DNA of 32,000 nt from Candidatus Peribacter riflensis. Lineage in GTDB: Bacteria; Patescibacteriota; Gracilibacteria; Peribacterales; Peribacteraceae. Made by a program: the position numbers and the translations under genes. The stretch spans positions 120,001 through 152,000 of the forward strand of contig CP013062.1 of the NCBI GenBank assembly GCA_001430755.1, given 5' to 3'. The notes under the pieces were generated by a model. It worked only from the letters and a program-made list of their open reading frames with translations, searched no databases and was not told the DNA's origin. This document shows positions 15,333-22,733 of the stretch, piece by piece. The stretch's first letter is position 1, and each line of letters begins with the position of its first letter.

Positions 15333-15956
15333 TCACTCTCGTGCCTTCGCCATCGCACGCACCGCCCACAGCATCGTCGAGAGTTCCCCGCGGGTGATGG
15401 GTCCATCCAGGTCGGCATCCGCCGAGAGCGCGCCGCCAGCAATGAGGGCATCCACGTAATGATCGGACCAGAATTCCTTTGGATCCGTGGTGTCTGTAGC
15501 CAAGTGGAAGGCCTTGGCCAGCGCTTTGGCCGCTTGGGCACGTGTCACGAGGGCGTTCGGGCGGAAGGTGCCGTCCGTCAAGCCGCGCATGACTCCCGCG
15601 CGCATGGCCGTGCAGAGGTCGATGCCGTACGAGGCATCTTTCTCCACATCACGTGCCAACAGAGAGTAATCGGATTCCGAAAGCTTGGGGAAACACCGTT
15701 CCGTGGGCCTGAAGAGCCGGCGCACGATCGCAGCCACGAAGGTGGAGCGCCTGATCGTCGCATCAGAATCCCATGTGTAGGCAACGGACCCCACGGCGGG
15801 CAGGGGAGGAGGCAGGGGCAGGAGAACCGGCTCCTCCATCATGATGATGGCGGGAGCTTTGGGCGGCAGCATCACGTCTTCGGGAAAGTACGCAGACGCC
15901 AGCTGCGGCAGGAGCAGGGAACAGGTGAGCAGAGCGGAGATGGAGCGTGTACGCAT
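15333..15956 (-). CDS. SLH (S-layer homology) domain envelope protein with signal peptide
   Basis: From ORF 15333..16022, start set at ATG 15956 (MRTRSISALLTCSLLLPQLASA, a signal peptide). SLH-type repeats are present: GVMRGLTDGTFRPNALVTRAQAAKALAKAF and HYVDALIAGGAL...GPITRGELSTMLWAV. Confidence 0.8.
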   Translation of the reverse strand: MRTRSISALLTCSLLLPQLASAYFPEDVMLPPKAPAIIMMEEPVLLPLPPPLPAVGSVAYTWDSDATIRRSTFVAAIVRRLFRPTERCFPKLSESDYSLLARDVEKDASYGIDLCTAMRAGVMRGLTDGTFRPNALVTRAQAAKALAKAFHLATDTTDPKEFWSDHYVDALIAGGALSADADLDGPITRGELSTMLWAVRAMAKARE

Positions 15957-16031
15957 GGAGATAAGGGGAAAAGGGGACGATTGTGAACCTCCCTTGTCTT
16001 CGGTGCAATTGCCTTTGAACACTCGAGGTGC

Positions 16032-17186
16032 TCAGTCCTCGCTCACCTTCAGCTTGGCCAGCATCCGCATGAATGCCGTTTCAGGATTATGGAGCGTACT
16101 GCCGCAGTGTAACGAGAAGCGCTGGAAGTGGCGGGGTGTGAGAATGAGGGCATTGCGTGTCGTACAGGCCATCTGTTCCTCAAAGAGAATGGTGCGGGTA
16201 CGCCCCACTGTCTGATCGGAGAGAATGTAGACATTGCTGGCTTCTTCCAGCTCGGCGATTGCATCGCGTGCATGAAGGCGGTCGAAGGCCGTGAGCGAGA
16301 AATCCGTCTCGACGCAGGCATTCCAGCCCCAGCACTCGCGCTGCGGGCCGATGTACAGTTTCCAGAGCGACGGCAGTTGCGGCTGTGTTTCTCTGTCAAA
16401 CACGCTGCGGCTGAGCAGACGGGGCTTGGGCCACACGTTGGGGTAGGAGAGCGAGAAGCCCAGGTCCGGCTGCTCCTCCGTTTTCCAGGTGACGGGATTC
16501 GACACTTCCACCTCATCGAGTGAGATACGCTGAACGGGAGGGAGCTCTGAAGGAAGCTTCAAGAGACGTGCGAGCATCTCGGCCACCTCTCCGCGCGTGA
16601 GGATGTGGGCGTGATCCTGTACCGAGGGCGGAATTGCCTCCGCCATGTCCATGTAGTGGAGGTAGGGCTTGTACCACTCCTTCCCCAGCAGATCCAGGTC
16701 GGGAATTTTGACGGGGGCGAGCCTGAAGGCGATCGACAGGATTTTCGCCCCTTCATCGAGAGAGATGGACCGGTCCGGACGGAAGCTGCCGTCTCCGTAG
16801 CCCGAGATGAAACCGTACGACCACGCCACGCACACCACCGGCGCAAACCATGCATCCGGCGGCACATCCGAGAATTGCATGCCCAGGCCGTACTTCTCGA
16901 GCGAGGAGGCGTCGCTCAGGCAGCCCTCGATGAGGGTCTGCGGTGCGAGGGCACTGATGATCATCTTCGTGAATTCCGCGCGGGTCACCGATGATTCCGG
17001 CCAGAAGACGCGGCGTTCCCCGGGCACGATGAACCCCTGTATGATCTCGCGCTGACGCAGGAGATCGATGGATTCGGCATACGGGTGCGTGTCGGGCACG
17101 TCCGCAAAGAACATCGCCCCCGCGATGGATGGAGTGAATCCGAGGACAACGAGTGCGAGCGGGACGATCCGGCGGAGAGGATGCAT
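16032..17186 (-). CDS. SLH-domain envelope protein with signal peptide and a C-terminal domain of unknown function
   Basis: From ORF 16032..17729. The start is set at ATG 17186 (MHPLRRIVPLALVVLGFTPSIAGA), 7 nt downstream of an extended -10, TGgTACAAT. Three SLH-like repeats are present: FADVPDTHPYAESIDLLRQREIIQGF, FSDVPPDAWFAPVVCVAWSYGFISGYGDGSFRPDRSISLDEGAKIL and WYKPYLHYMDMAEAI...ILTRGEVAEMLARLL. The upstream Arg/His-rich 180 codons are rejected because they overlap the DUF360 gene. Confidence 0.8.
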   Translation of the reverse strand: MHPLRRIVPLALVVLGFTPSIAGAMFFADVPDTHPYAESIDLLRQREIIQGFIVPGERRVFWPESSVTRAEFTKMIISALAPQTLIEGCLSDASSLEKYGLGMQFSDVPPDAWFAPVVCVAWSYGFISGYGDGSFRPDRSISLDEGAKILSIAFRLAPVKIPDLDLLGKEWYKPYLHYMDMAEAIPPSVQDHAHILTRGEVAEMLARLLKLPSELPPVQRISLDEVEVSNPVTWKTEEQPDLGFSLSYPNVWPKPRLLSRSVFDRETQPQLPSLWKLYIGPQRECWGWNACVETDFSLTAFDRLHARDAIAELEEASNVYILSDQTVGRTRTILFEEQMACTTRNALILTPRHFQRFSLHCGSTLHNPETAFMRMLAKLKVSED

Positions 17187-17193
17187 GGAGGGC

Positions 17194-17202
17194 ATTGTAC
17201 CA
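17194..17202 (-). promoter_or_regulatory. Extended -10 promoter candidate TGgTACAAT, 7 nt upstream of ATG 17186 (leaderless layout)
   Basis: The minus strand reads gaaTGgTACAATgccctccATGcatcct. Confidence 0.45.
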
Positions 17203-17255
17203 TTCGACACGGAGTCCATCGACCATCTACGCTGGGGGCACTTTTCCCCTCCACT

Positions 17256-17450
17256 ATGGATCAGCCAGAACTTCAGAAGCGCGTCGAGGCCTTTCTCAAA
17301 GATCTCGGGATCCCGAGCTTCATCGTCTTCGGATTCCAGAAGAGTGAAAAAGAGTTCGGCTTCATCTGGTCCCACCACCAGGCTCCGTCGAATGTGGTCA
17401 TCAAAGGGCTCTCCTGGGCGCTGCATGATTTCGTGCAGAAGAAGCTCTGA
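17256..17450 (+). CDS. Hypothetical small protein (64 aa)
   Basis: Internal ATG of ORF 17085..17450: MDQPELQKRVEAFLKDLGIPSFIVFGFQKSEKEFGFIWSHHQAPSNVVIKGLSWALHDFVQKKL. The composition is natural-looking. It fits exactly between the divergent SLH gene start and the convergent DUF360 stop, and is preceded by a pyrimidine-rich leader. The competing antisense frame has no credible start. Confidence 0.4.
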   Translation: MDQPELQKRVEAFLKDLGIPSFIVFGFQKSEKEFGFIWSHHQAPSNVVIKGLSWALHDFVQKKL

Positions 17451-17452
17451 AT

Positions 17453-17845
17453 TCACTTCAGGATTTCTTTCATCACCCAGTTCGCGAACCCGATGACTGC
17501 GGCGACCACGATCCAGCCCCACACGCCGCCGAAAATCTCCAGCCCCACGATGGCGGGGTCCATCCTGAGCACGAGCAGGTGCACCAGCCACACGAAGACG
17601 CCGTTCGAAATGATCACGGCGAGAATGGTGGCGAAGAGCCGCAGAGGCATCGTGATGATGGCGAGGATCGGGCGCACGAGGATATTGAGCAGTGTCAGGA
17701 GCGCACCCACGATGATGATGGCGCGCCAACCGCCGGTGAGCTCGAAGTACTGACTGAGGTACGTCGCCATTCCCCAGACGAGGGCGATATTCAAAATCGC
17801 CTTCATCGTAATCTTGAGCGGCAATGAACCCGAAGAGTCGGCCAT
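17453..17845 (-). CDS. DUF360 / phage-holin-family 4-TM membrane protein (YvlD-like)
   Basis: 130 aa with four TM helices. The sequence style, ...LLTLLNILVRPILAIITMPLRLFATILAVIISNGVFVWLVHLL...GGVWGWIVVAAVIGFANW, matches that family. The ATG at 17845 lies 10 nt after the ileS stop, so it is probably co-transcribed. ATG 17806 is an alternative start. Confidence 0.72.
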   Translation of the reverse strand: MADSSGSLPLKITMKAILNIALVWGMATYLSQYFELTGGWRAIIIVGALLTLLNILVRPILAIITMPLRLFATILAVIISNGVFVWLVHLLVLRMDPAIVGLEIFGGVWGWIVVAAVIGFANWVMKEILK

Positions 17846-17855
17846 GGCGGGCAGT

Positions 17856-20800
17856 CTACCTCTTCTGCAGCCTCACCGTCACGTCGGTTCCGTCGATGGT
17901 GACGGACTGGGCCTCGCCGTCATTCTGCTCCCAGAGGGCATTCGTTTCCTGGGCAATGGCGGCCCCGTGCTCCTTCTGCACGTCCGCCAGGCCATCCATG
18001 CTGAGTGCGATGCGATCGGTGAAGTGCAGCCCCGCCTCCTTGCGGAGCTTCTGCACCGCGCGGATCACGTCGCGGGCCAGCCCTTCGCGCTTGAGCTCTT
18101 CCGTGATGGCGGTCTCCATGCAGACGACGATGCCCTGATCGACCGCAGCATCCTGCCCCTCCTTTCCGCGGTAGACGATCGCCACTTCATCCGGCGCCAG
18201 CACTTCGTCGAGGATCAGCACAGAGCCATCCTCCTTCACGGTGAATGCGCCGCTCTTGCCGGCGCGAATGATCTCCTGCACGCGGGCGCCCAGACGTGGG
18301 CCCACTTTGCGCGCGTCCACCTGTGCGATGCGGCAGGCGAGCGTGCCCGGATCATCGGTGAATTCCAGATCTTTCACATTGAGTTCGTTCTTGAGCAGAT
18401 CGCGGTCTTCTTCGGTGAGCCTGAGAGCGGCAAGCGAGGGGGGGAGGGCAACCGTTGCGCGCGCGAGCGGCTGGCGCACTTTGATCTTCTTGCCGGAGCG
18501 GATGGCGTGTCCGAGCGAAACGATGTGGCGCATCAGGCGGTTGCGTTTCAGGAGTTCCCATTCCTCGGCGGTGAGGGCGCGCGGCTCGGGCCAATCGCTC
18601 AGGTGGATCGAGGTGTGAGCCTCCGGTACCAGGTTTAAGTAGATGGCCTCCGTGAGGAAAGGACAGAACGGAGCGAGTGTCTGGCACAGGGTCAGGAGCG
18701 CATCGTAGAGCGTACCCAGCGCGGCTGCCTGCTCCGCGTCATGTTCACTCAGCTCTGCAGACGGGCTCGTATCTTCCTCATCGGCTGCCCCCTTGCCGGC
18801 GAAGATCCTGCGCGACAGGCGCACGTACCAGTTGGTCAGGGCATCGATGGTTTCGTGGATTTCGGCACACGCCGCAGAGAGGTCATAGCCGTCGAGTTGC
18901 TTGGTCATGCGATTCACCAGGTCCTGCACCTCGGCGCGCAGGTACCGGTCGAGCGGATGGCCGGAGTGTCCGCGCGATCCTGTGGGCTCGAACCCGGCGG
19001 CATTCGCGTAGGTCACGAAGAAACTGTAGACATTCCAGAGGGGGAGCAGCACGGAGCGCACCGTCTCCTCCACCAGTTTCTCAGAGAAGCGCAGATCCTC
19101 GCCGCGCACGGCGGGCGAGCTCATGAATGTGAAGCGCACGGCATCCGCGCCGTGACGATTGACGACCTCGGTCGGTTCCGGGTAGTTCTTGAGCCGCTTG
19201 CTCATCTTCTTGCCGTCCTCCGCCAGCACGATGCCGTTGACGATGCAGTTGAAGAACGCCGGTTTCTTGAAGAGCGCGGAAGAGAGAATCATGAGCGTGT
19301 AGAACCATCCGCGTGTCTGGTCGATGCCCTCGGCGATGAAGTCCGCCGGAAAGCCCGGCGGGGATTTTTTGCCCTTGCCGGCCTGTGCGAAGTCGAACGG
19401 GAAGTGCGATTGTGCGTAGGGCATCGAGCCGCTCTCGAACCAGCAGTCGAGCACCTCGGGGATGCGGTGCATGAGAGCGGGGAGGGCGAGGTCGGTCGTC
19501 TCTGCATTCTTCGGATCGATGACGGCCGCTTCTGCGAAGGAAAGATTGTCCACGATCGCCTGCAGGCCCCTGAGCGGACCCGAATGACAGGCGACGAGCA
19601 CGCGCTTGCCGGGGAATTCCGCGCGGATCTTCTCCAGCACGGTTTCGAGCCGCTGCAGGAATGCCTGCAGGCTTTCCCCACCGGGGGGCGTGCCCGGGTG
19701 GAGAGCGGGGCTTGCCGTGATGCTGCGGGGGAGCAGCGTGATGAAGTCCTTCACGGGCTTTCCCGTCCAGTCTCCCGTATCGCGTTCGCGCAATTCTTTC
19801 CACCGGGCTGTGTGCGGCACCTTGAGTTCTGCGGAGAGAATTTCCGCAGTCTCCACGGCGCGCTTGAGATCCGATGAGATGATCACGTCGAACTTCCGCT
19901 TCTTTAATTTCTTCGCGAGTGCATGCACCTGTTCGCGTCCCGTCTCGTTGAGGAGGGTATCGATGTTGCCGCCGTTCACCAGATCCTGTTTGTTGTAATC
20001 CGTCTGCCCGTGGCGGACGACGGTGAGAAGCGTGTCGGTTTTCTTGGAACCCGCATTCCACGTGATCTCGTCCACGATGTGCTTGTGCAGGTCCAGCTCC
20101 TTTCCCGCCTCGTGATCCCAGTAGAACGTGTAGGGAGTGGCGAAGAAGGGGTAGGGCTGGTGGCTCAGCTTCACGGGATCTTCGTTGCTGAAGAAGTGGC
20201 GGATATTCTGGATGGGGTCGGCATGCGTGACGAGGACGATATGGCCGCCGCGGTGGAGCGGCAGAACATCCTCCATGAACGCACGCATGCGCTGTGCAAC
20301 ATCGCTCCATTTCTCCATGCCCGGAAAGTGATAGATGCTCTCGGGCGTTGCCGTCGAAAGCTTGTGGGCGCGCCGCGCCTTCACGAAGGTCAGGTCCGAG
20401 AAGTCGACGGTTTTTCCCTCGTAGTCCCCGAAGCACACCTCGCACAGGCGCGGATCCACGATCACGGGAGCCCCCGTCTTCTTGGCGATTGCCTCGGCAG
20501 TCTGCCGCGTGCGGGCGAGCGGGGAGCAGTAGATCGCAGTGACTTCTGCGGTGTTCAGGTAGTCGGCTGCCTTGCGTGCCTGCTCTTTTCCTTTGGCCGT
20601 CAGGTTCGTTCCGGGCTCCTTGCCCTGATAGACAGGGACCAGATTGCCTTCGCTCTCGCCGTGGCGCAGCGCCGTGACTTTGGTGAAGCGCAATTTCTTC
20701 TGCGCCGTGAGCTCCTCTCTGCTGGCGATCACGGTCATGTCCTTCGTCTCCGGGCAGCGCCAGATCGGCAAAGGCGTGCCCCAGTAGCGGTTGCGACTGA

Positions 20801-22265
20801 TCGCCCAGTCTCGTGCCCCTTCCAGCCACTTGCCGAACCGTCCGTCGCGGATGTGCGCGGGCACCCACTCCGTTTCCGCATTCGCGGCGAGTACGTCTTC
20901 TTTGATCTTCTCCACCGAAACGAACCATGAGCTCGTAGCGTAGTTCAGGAGAGGGGAGTCGCAGCGCCAGCAGTGCGGGTAGCTGTGCGTGTAGGGTTTT
21001 GCGTCGAAGAGCTTGCCGTGTTCCTTGAGCCACTTGGTCACCAGACGGTCGGTCTTGCCCGGATCGGCGATGGGCTTCACTTCCATGCCCGCAAAGTCCG
21101 TCACCTCCGAAACGAATTTCCCTTCCATGTTCACGTGCTGCAGCACGGGGAGCTTCTCCTTCTTTCCCAGGTTGTAGTCGTCCTCACCGAACCCCGGCGC
21201 AATGTGCACGATACCGGTGCCCTCGTCCGCAGTCACAAAGTCCGCCCCCACGATCCGGTAGGCGTTCGCATATTCTTTCTGGTTCTGGAAGTAGGGGAAG
21301 AGCGGAATGTACCGCTTGCCCAGAAGGGTTTTGATTGAAATATCTTCGACGCTTTCCGGATTTTCTTCAATCTCCTCACCTTCCCTTTTCGCTTTTGCAT
21401 ACAACAGAGGATGCAGCAAATTCTTCGGATCCTTTCTCTGATCAAATATTTTTTTGGCGAGAATATAGCGTTCACAACCATACTGGTATTTCACATATTT
21501 TATGTGAGGATCCACGGCGAGGAGCAAATTCCCCGGCAGTGTCCACGGGGTCGTGGTCCATGCGAGGATGAACGTGCCCGGCTCGTCGGCGAGTTCGAAC
21601 TTCACCGTCACGGACGTATCTGTGATGTCTTTGTAGCCCTGTGTCACCTCGAAGTTCGAGAGTGGTGTGACGCACCGTGGACAGATATGCATGGGCTTGT
21701 GGCCTTCATAGATCAAATCCTTCTTCGCCAGCTCGCTGAACACCCACCAGATCGATTCCATGTACTCCGGATCCATGGTGCGGTAATCCCAGTCCATGTC
21801 CACCCAGCGTCCCATGCGCTCCACCACCGTCCTCCATTCCTTGGCATAGCGCTGCACTGCCGTGCGGCAGAGCCCGTTGAACGCTGCGATTCCCATCTCT
21901 TCGATCTCCTTATGGGACTTGATGCCCTTCTCCTGTTCGATGATGTTCTCGACGGGGAGCCCGTGACAGTCCCAGCCGAAGCGCCGTTCCACATACTTGC
22001 CGCGCATCGTCTGGTAGCGTGGGATCACATCCTTGATCGTTCCCGCCAGCAGGTGGCCGTAGTGGGGGAGCCCCGTGGCGAACGGGGGTCCGTCGTAGAA
22101 ACTGTAGGTCTCCTGTTTCTGGCCCATCGGTCCATCCAGCAGGTCACCCGTGCCGGTGGAGCGTTGTTTGAGGCTGCGCTTGAAGGTGTCTTCCTCTTTC
22201 CAGTAGCGGAGGATGCCTTCCTCAAGGGCCGGCAGGGATTGTTTCGGATCAACGGGATCGAACAT
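17856..22265 (-). CDS. ileS: Isoleucyl-tRNA synthetase (type 2 / eukaryote-like) with two inserted histidine-phosphatase (PGM-type) domains
   Basis: From ORF 17856..22304. Start set at ATG 22265 (MFDPVDPKQSLPALEEGILRYWKEEDTF), 7 nt downstream of a TACACT hexamer. IleRS motifs present: PPFATGLPHYGH (HIGH), CP1 editing TTPWTLPGNL, WAISRNRYWGTPLPIW, EVLDCWFESGSMPYAQ, GIDQTRGWFYTL and KMSKR (KMSKS). About 420 extra residues between PLPIW and EVLDCWFESG carry two RHG...SPL/DLxR...E...H phosphatase signatures (see findings). Confidence 0.95.
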   Translation of the reverse strand: MFDPVDPKQSLPALEEGILRYWKEEDTFKRSLKQRSTGTGDLLDGPMGQKQETYSFYDGPPFATGLPHYGHLLAGTIKDVIPRYQTMRGKYVERRFGWDCHGLPVENIIEQEKGIKSHKEIEEMGIAAFNGLCRTAVQRYAKEWRTVVERMGRWVDMDWDYRTMDPEYMESIWWVFSELAKKDLIYEGHKPMHICPRCVTPLSNFEVTQGYKDITDTSVTVKFELADEPGTFILAWTTTPWTLPGNLLLAVDPHIKYVKYQYGCERYILAKKIFDQRKDPKNLLHPLLYAKAKREGEEIEENPESVEDISIKTLLGKRYIPLFPYFQNQKEYANAYRIVGADFVTADEGTGIVHIAPGFGEDDYNLGKKEKLPVLQHVNMEGKFVSEVTDFAGMEVKPIADPGKTDRLVTKWLKEHGKLFDAKPYTHSYPHCWRCDSPLLNYATSSWFVSVEKIKEDVLAANAETEWVPAHIRDGRFGKWLEGARDWAISRNRYWGTPLPIWRCPETKDMTVIASREELTAQKKLRFTKVTALRHGESEGNLVPVYQGKEPGTNLTAKGKEQARKAADYLNTAEVTAIYCSPLARTRQTAEAIAKKTGAPVIVDPRLCEVCFGDYEGKTVDFSDLTFVKARRAHKLSTATPESIYHFPGMEKWSDVAQRMRAFMEDVLPLHRGGHIVLVTHADPIQNIRHFFSNEDPVKLSHQPYPFFATPYTFYWDHEAGKELDLHKHIVDEITWNAGSKKTDTLLTVVRHGQTDYNKQDLVNGGNIDTLLNETGREQVHALAKKLKKRKFDVIISSDLKRAVETAEILSAELKVPHTARWKELRERDTGDWTGKPVKDFITLLPRSITASPALHPGTPPGGESLQAFLQRLETVLEKIRAEFPGKRVLVACHSGPLRGLQAIVDNLSFAEAAVIDPKNAETTDLALPALMHRIPEVLDCWFESGSMPYAQSHFPFDFAQAGKGKKSPPGFPADFIAEGIDQTRGWFYTLMILSSALFKKPAFFNCIVNGIVLAEDGKKMSKRLKNYPEPTEVVNRHGADAVRFTFMSSPAVRGEDLRFSEKLVEETVRSVLLPLWNVYSFFVTYANAAGFEPTGSRGHSGHPLDRYLRAEVQDLVNRMTKQLDGYDLSAACAEIHETIDALTNWYVRLSRRIFAGKGAADEEDTSPSAELSEHDAEQAAALGTLYDALLTLCQTLAPFCPFLTEAIYLNLVPEAHTSIHLSDWPEPRALTAEEWELLKRNRLMRHIVSLGHAIRSGKKIKVRQPLARATVALPPSLAALRLTEEDRDLLKNELNVKDLEFTDDPGTLACRIAQVDARKVGPRLGARVQEIIRAGKSGAFTVKEDGSVLILDEVLAPDEVAIVYRGKEGQDAAVDQGIVVCMETAITEELKREGLARDVIRAVQKLRKEAGLHFTDRIALSMDGLADVQKEHGAAIAQETNALWEQNDGEAQSVTIDGTDVTVRLQKR

Positions 22266-22272
22266 CACTGGC

Positions 22273-22278
22273 AGTGTA
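22273..22278 (-). promoter_or_regulatory. TACACT -10-like hexamer 7 nt upstream of the ileS ATG 22265
   Basis: The minus strand reads ctttgcTGTACACTgccagtgATGttc. There is no Shine-Dalgarno sequence and no room for a T-box leader. Confidence 0.35.
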
Positions 22279-22347
22279 CAGCAAAGGGTGTGGGGTGGCG
22301 TCATCCTGCACGCGCAGAATCGATGTCAAATATTGGTGTGAAAGTTT

Positions 22348-22376
22348 TTGACAGCACGGCGGTTCCTTGCGAAAAT
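22348..22376 (+). promoter_or_regulatory. Sigma70-like promoter TTGACA-N17-GAAAAT upstream of the small ORF starting at 22388
   Basis: TTGACA at 22348-22353, an exact 17-nt spacer, GAAAAT at 22371-22376, and ATG 11 nt further on. Confidence 0.45.
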
Positions 22377-22387
22377 TCGCGCCTATT

Positions 22388-22675
22388 ATGGATCCGCTAT
22401 ACCATCTGAAGGGCGAAGTTACAGCTGCTGTGCCGGTAAAAGGCGTCGTTGCTGTACCCTCTGCCGAAAGGGGGGCGGCTTCGGAAAGGGGGCAGGCTAT
22501 TACGGAGATGGTTGAGACCCGCTTGCGGTCGCTGGGCATAGGGGGCGTTACTGATACACAGGCAACGCAGGAGGCCCTGCATGCAGAAATGACGCGCAAT
22601 CCCCATCGTGAAGTTTCGCAAATTGCCGGTGCGATTCTCGGGGCTCTGGTGGCTATCGTGCGTTCCCGCTCGTAA
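22388..22675 (+). CDS. Hypothetical small protein (95 aa) with a hydrophobic C-terminal tail
   Basis: The ORF-track entry 22367..22675 begins at a TTG codon. The first ATG (22388, MDPLYHLKG...) sits just after the promoter above. The C-terminus, VSQIAGAILGALVAIVRSRS, could be a tail anchor. No recognisable motif. Confidence 0.45.
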   Translation: MDPLYHLKGEVTAAVPVKGVVAVPSAERGAASERGQAITEMVETRLRSLGIGGVTDTQATQEALHAEMTRNPHREVSQIAGAILGALVAIVRSRS

Positions 22676-22716
22676 GACAGGCACGGCGCAAAAATCCGCG
22701 CGCAGGGCATTTTTCG

Positions 22717-22725
22717 TGGTATGAT
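22717..22725 (+). promoter_or_regulatory. Extended -10 promoter candidate TGgTATGAT, 8 nt upstream of ATG 22734 (leaderless layout)
   Basis: Read directly: cgTGgTATGATagccaaccATGgcgg. Confidence 0.45.
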
Positions 22726-22733
22726 AGCCAACC

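Noticed and set aside
17187-17729. An N-terminal 180-codon extension of the SLH protein ORF (16032..17729).
   Set aside because: The extension is Arg/His-rich junk and overlaps the DUF360 gene in another frame. The signal peptide begins at ATG 17186, directly behind an extended -10 element.
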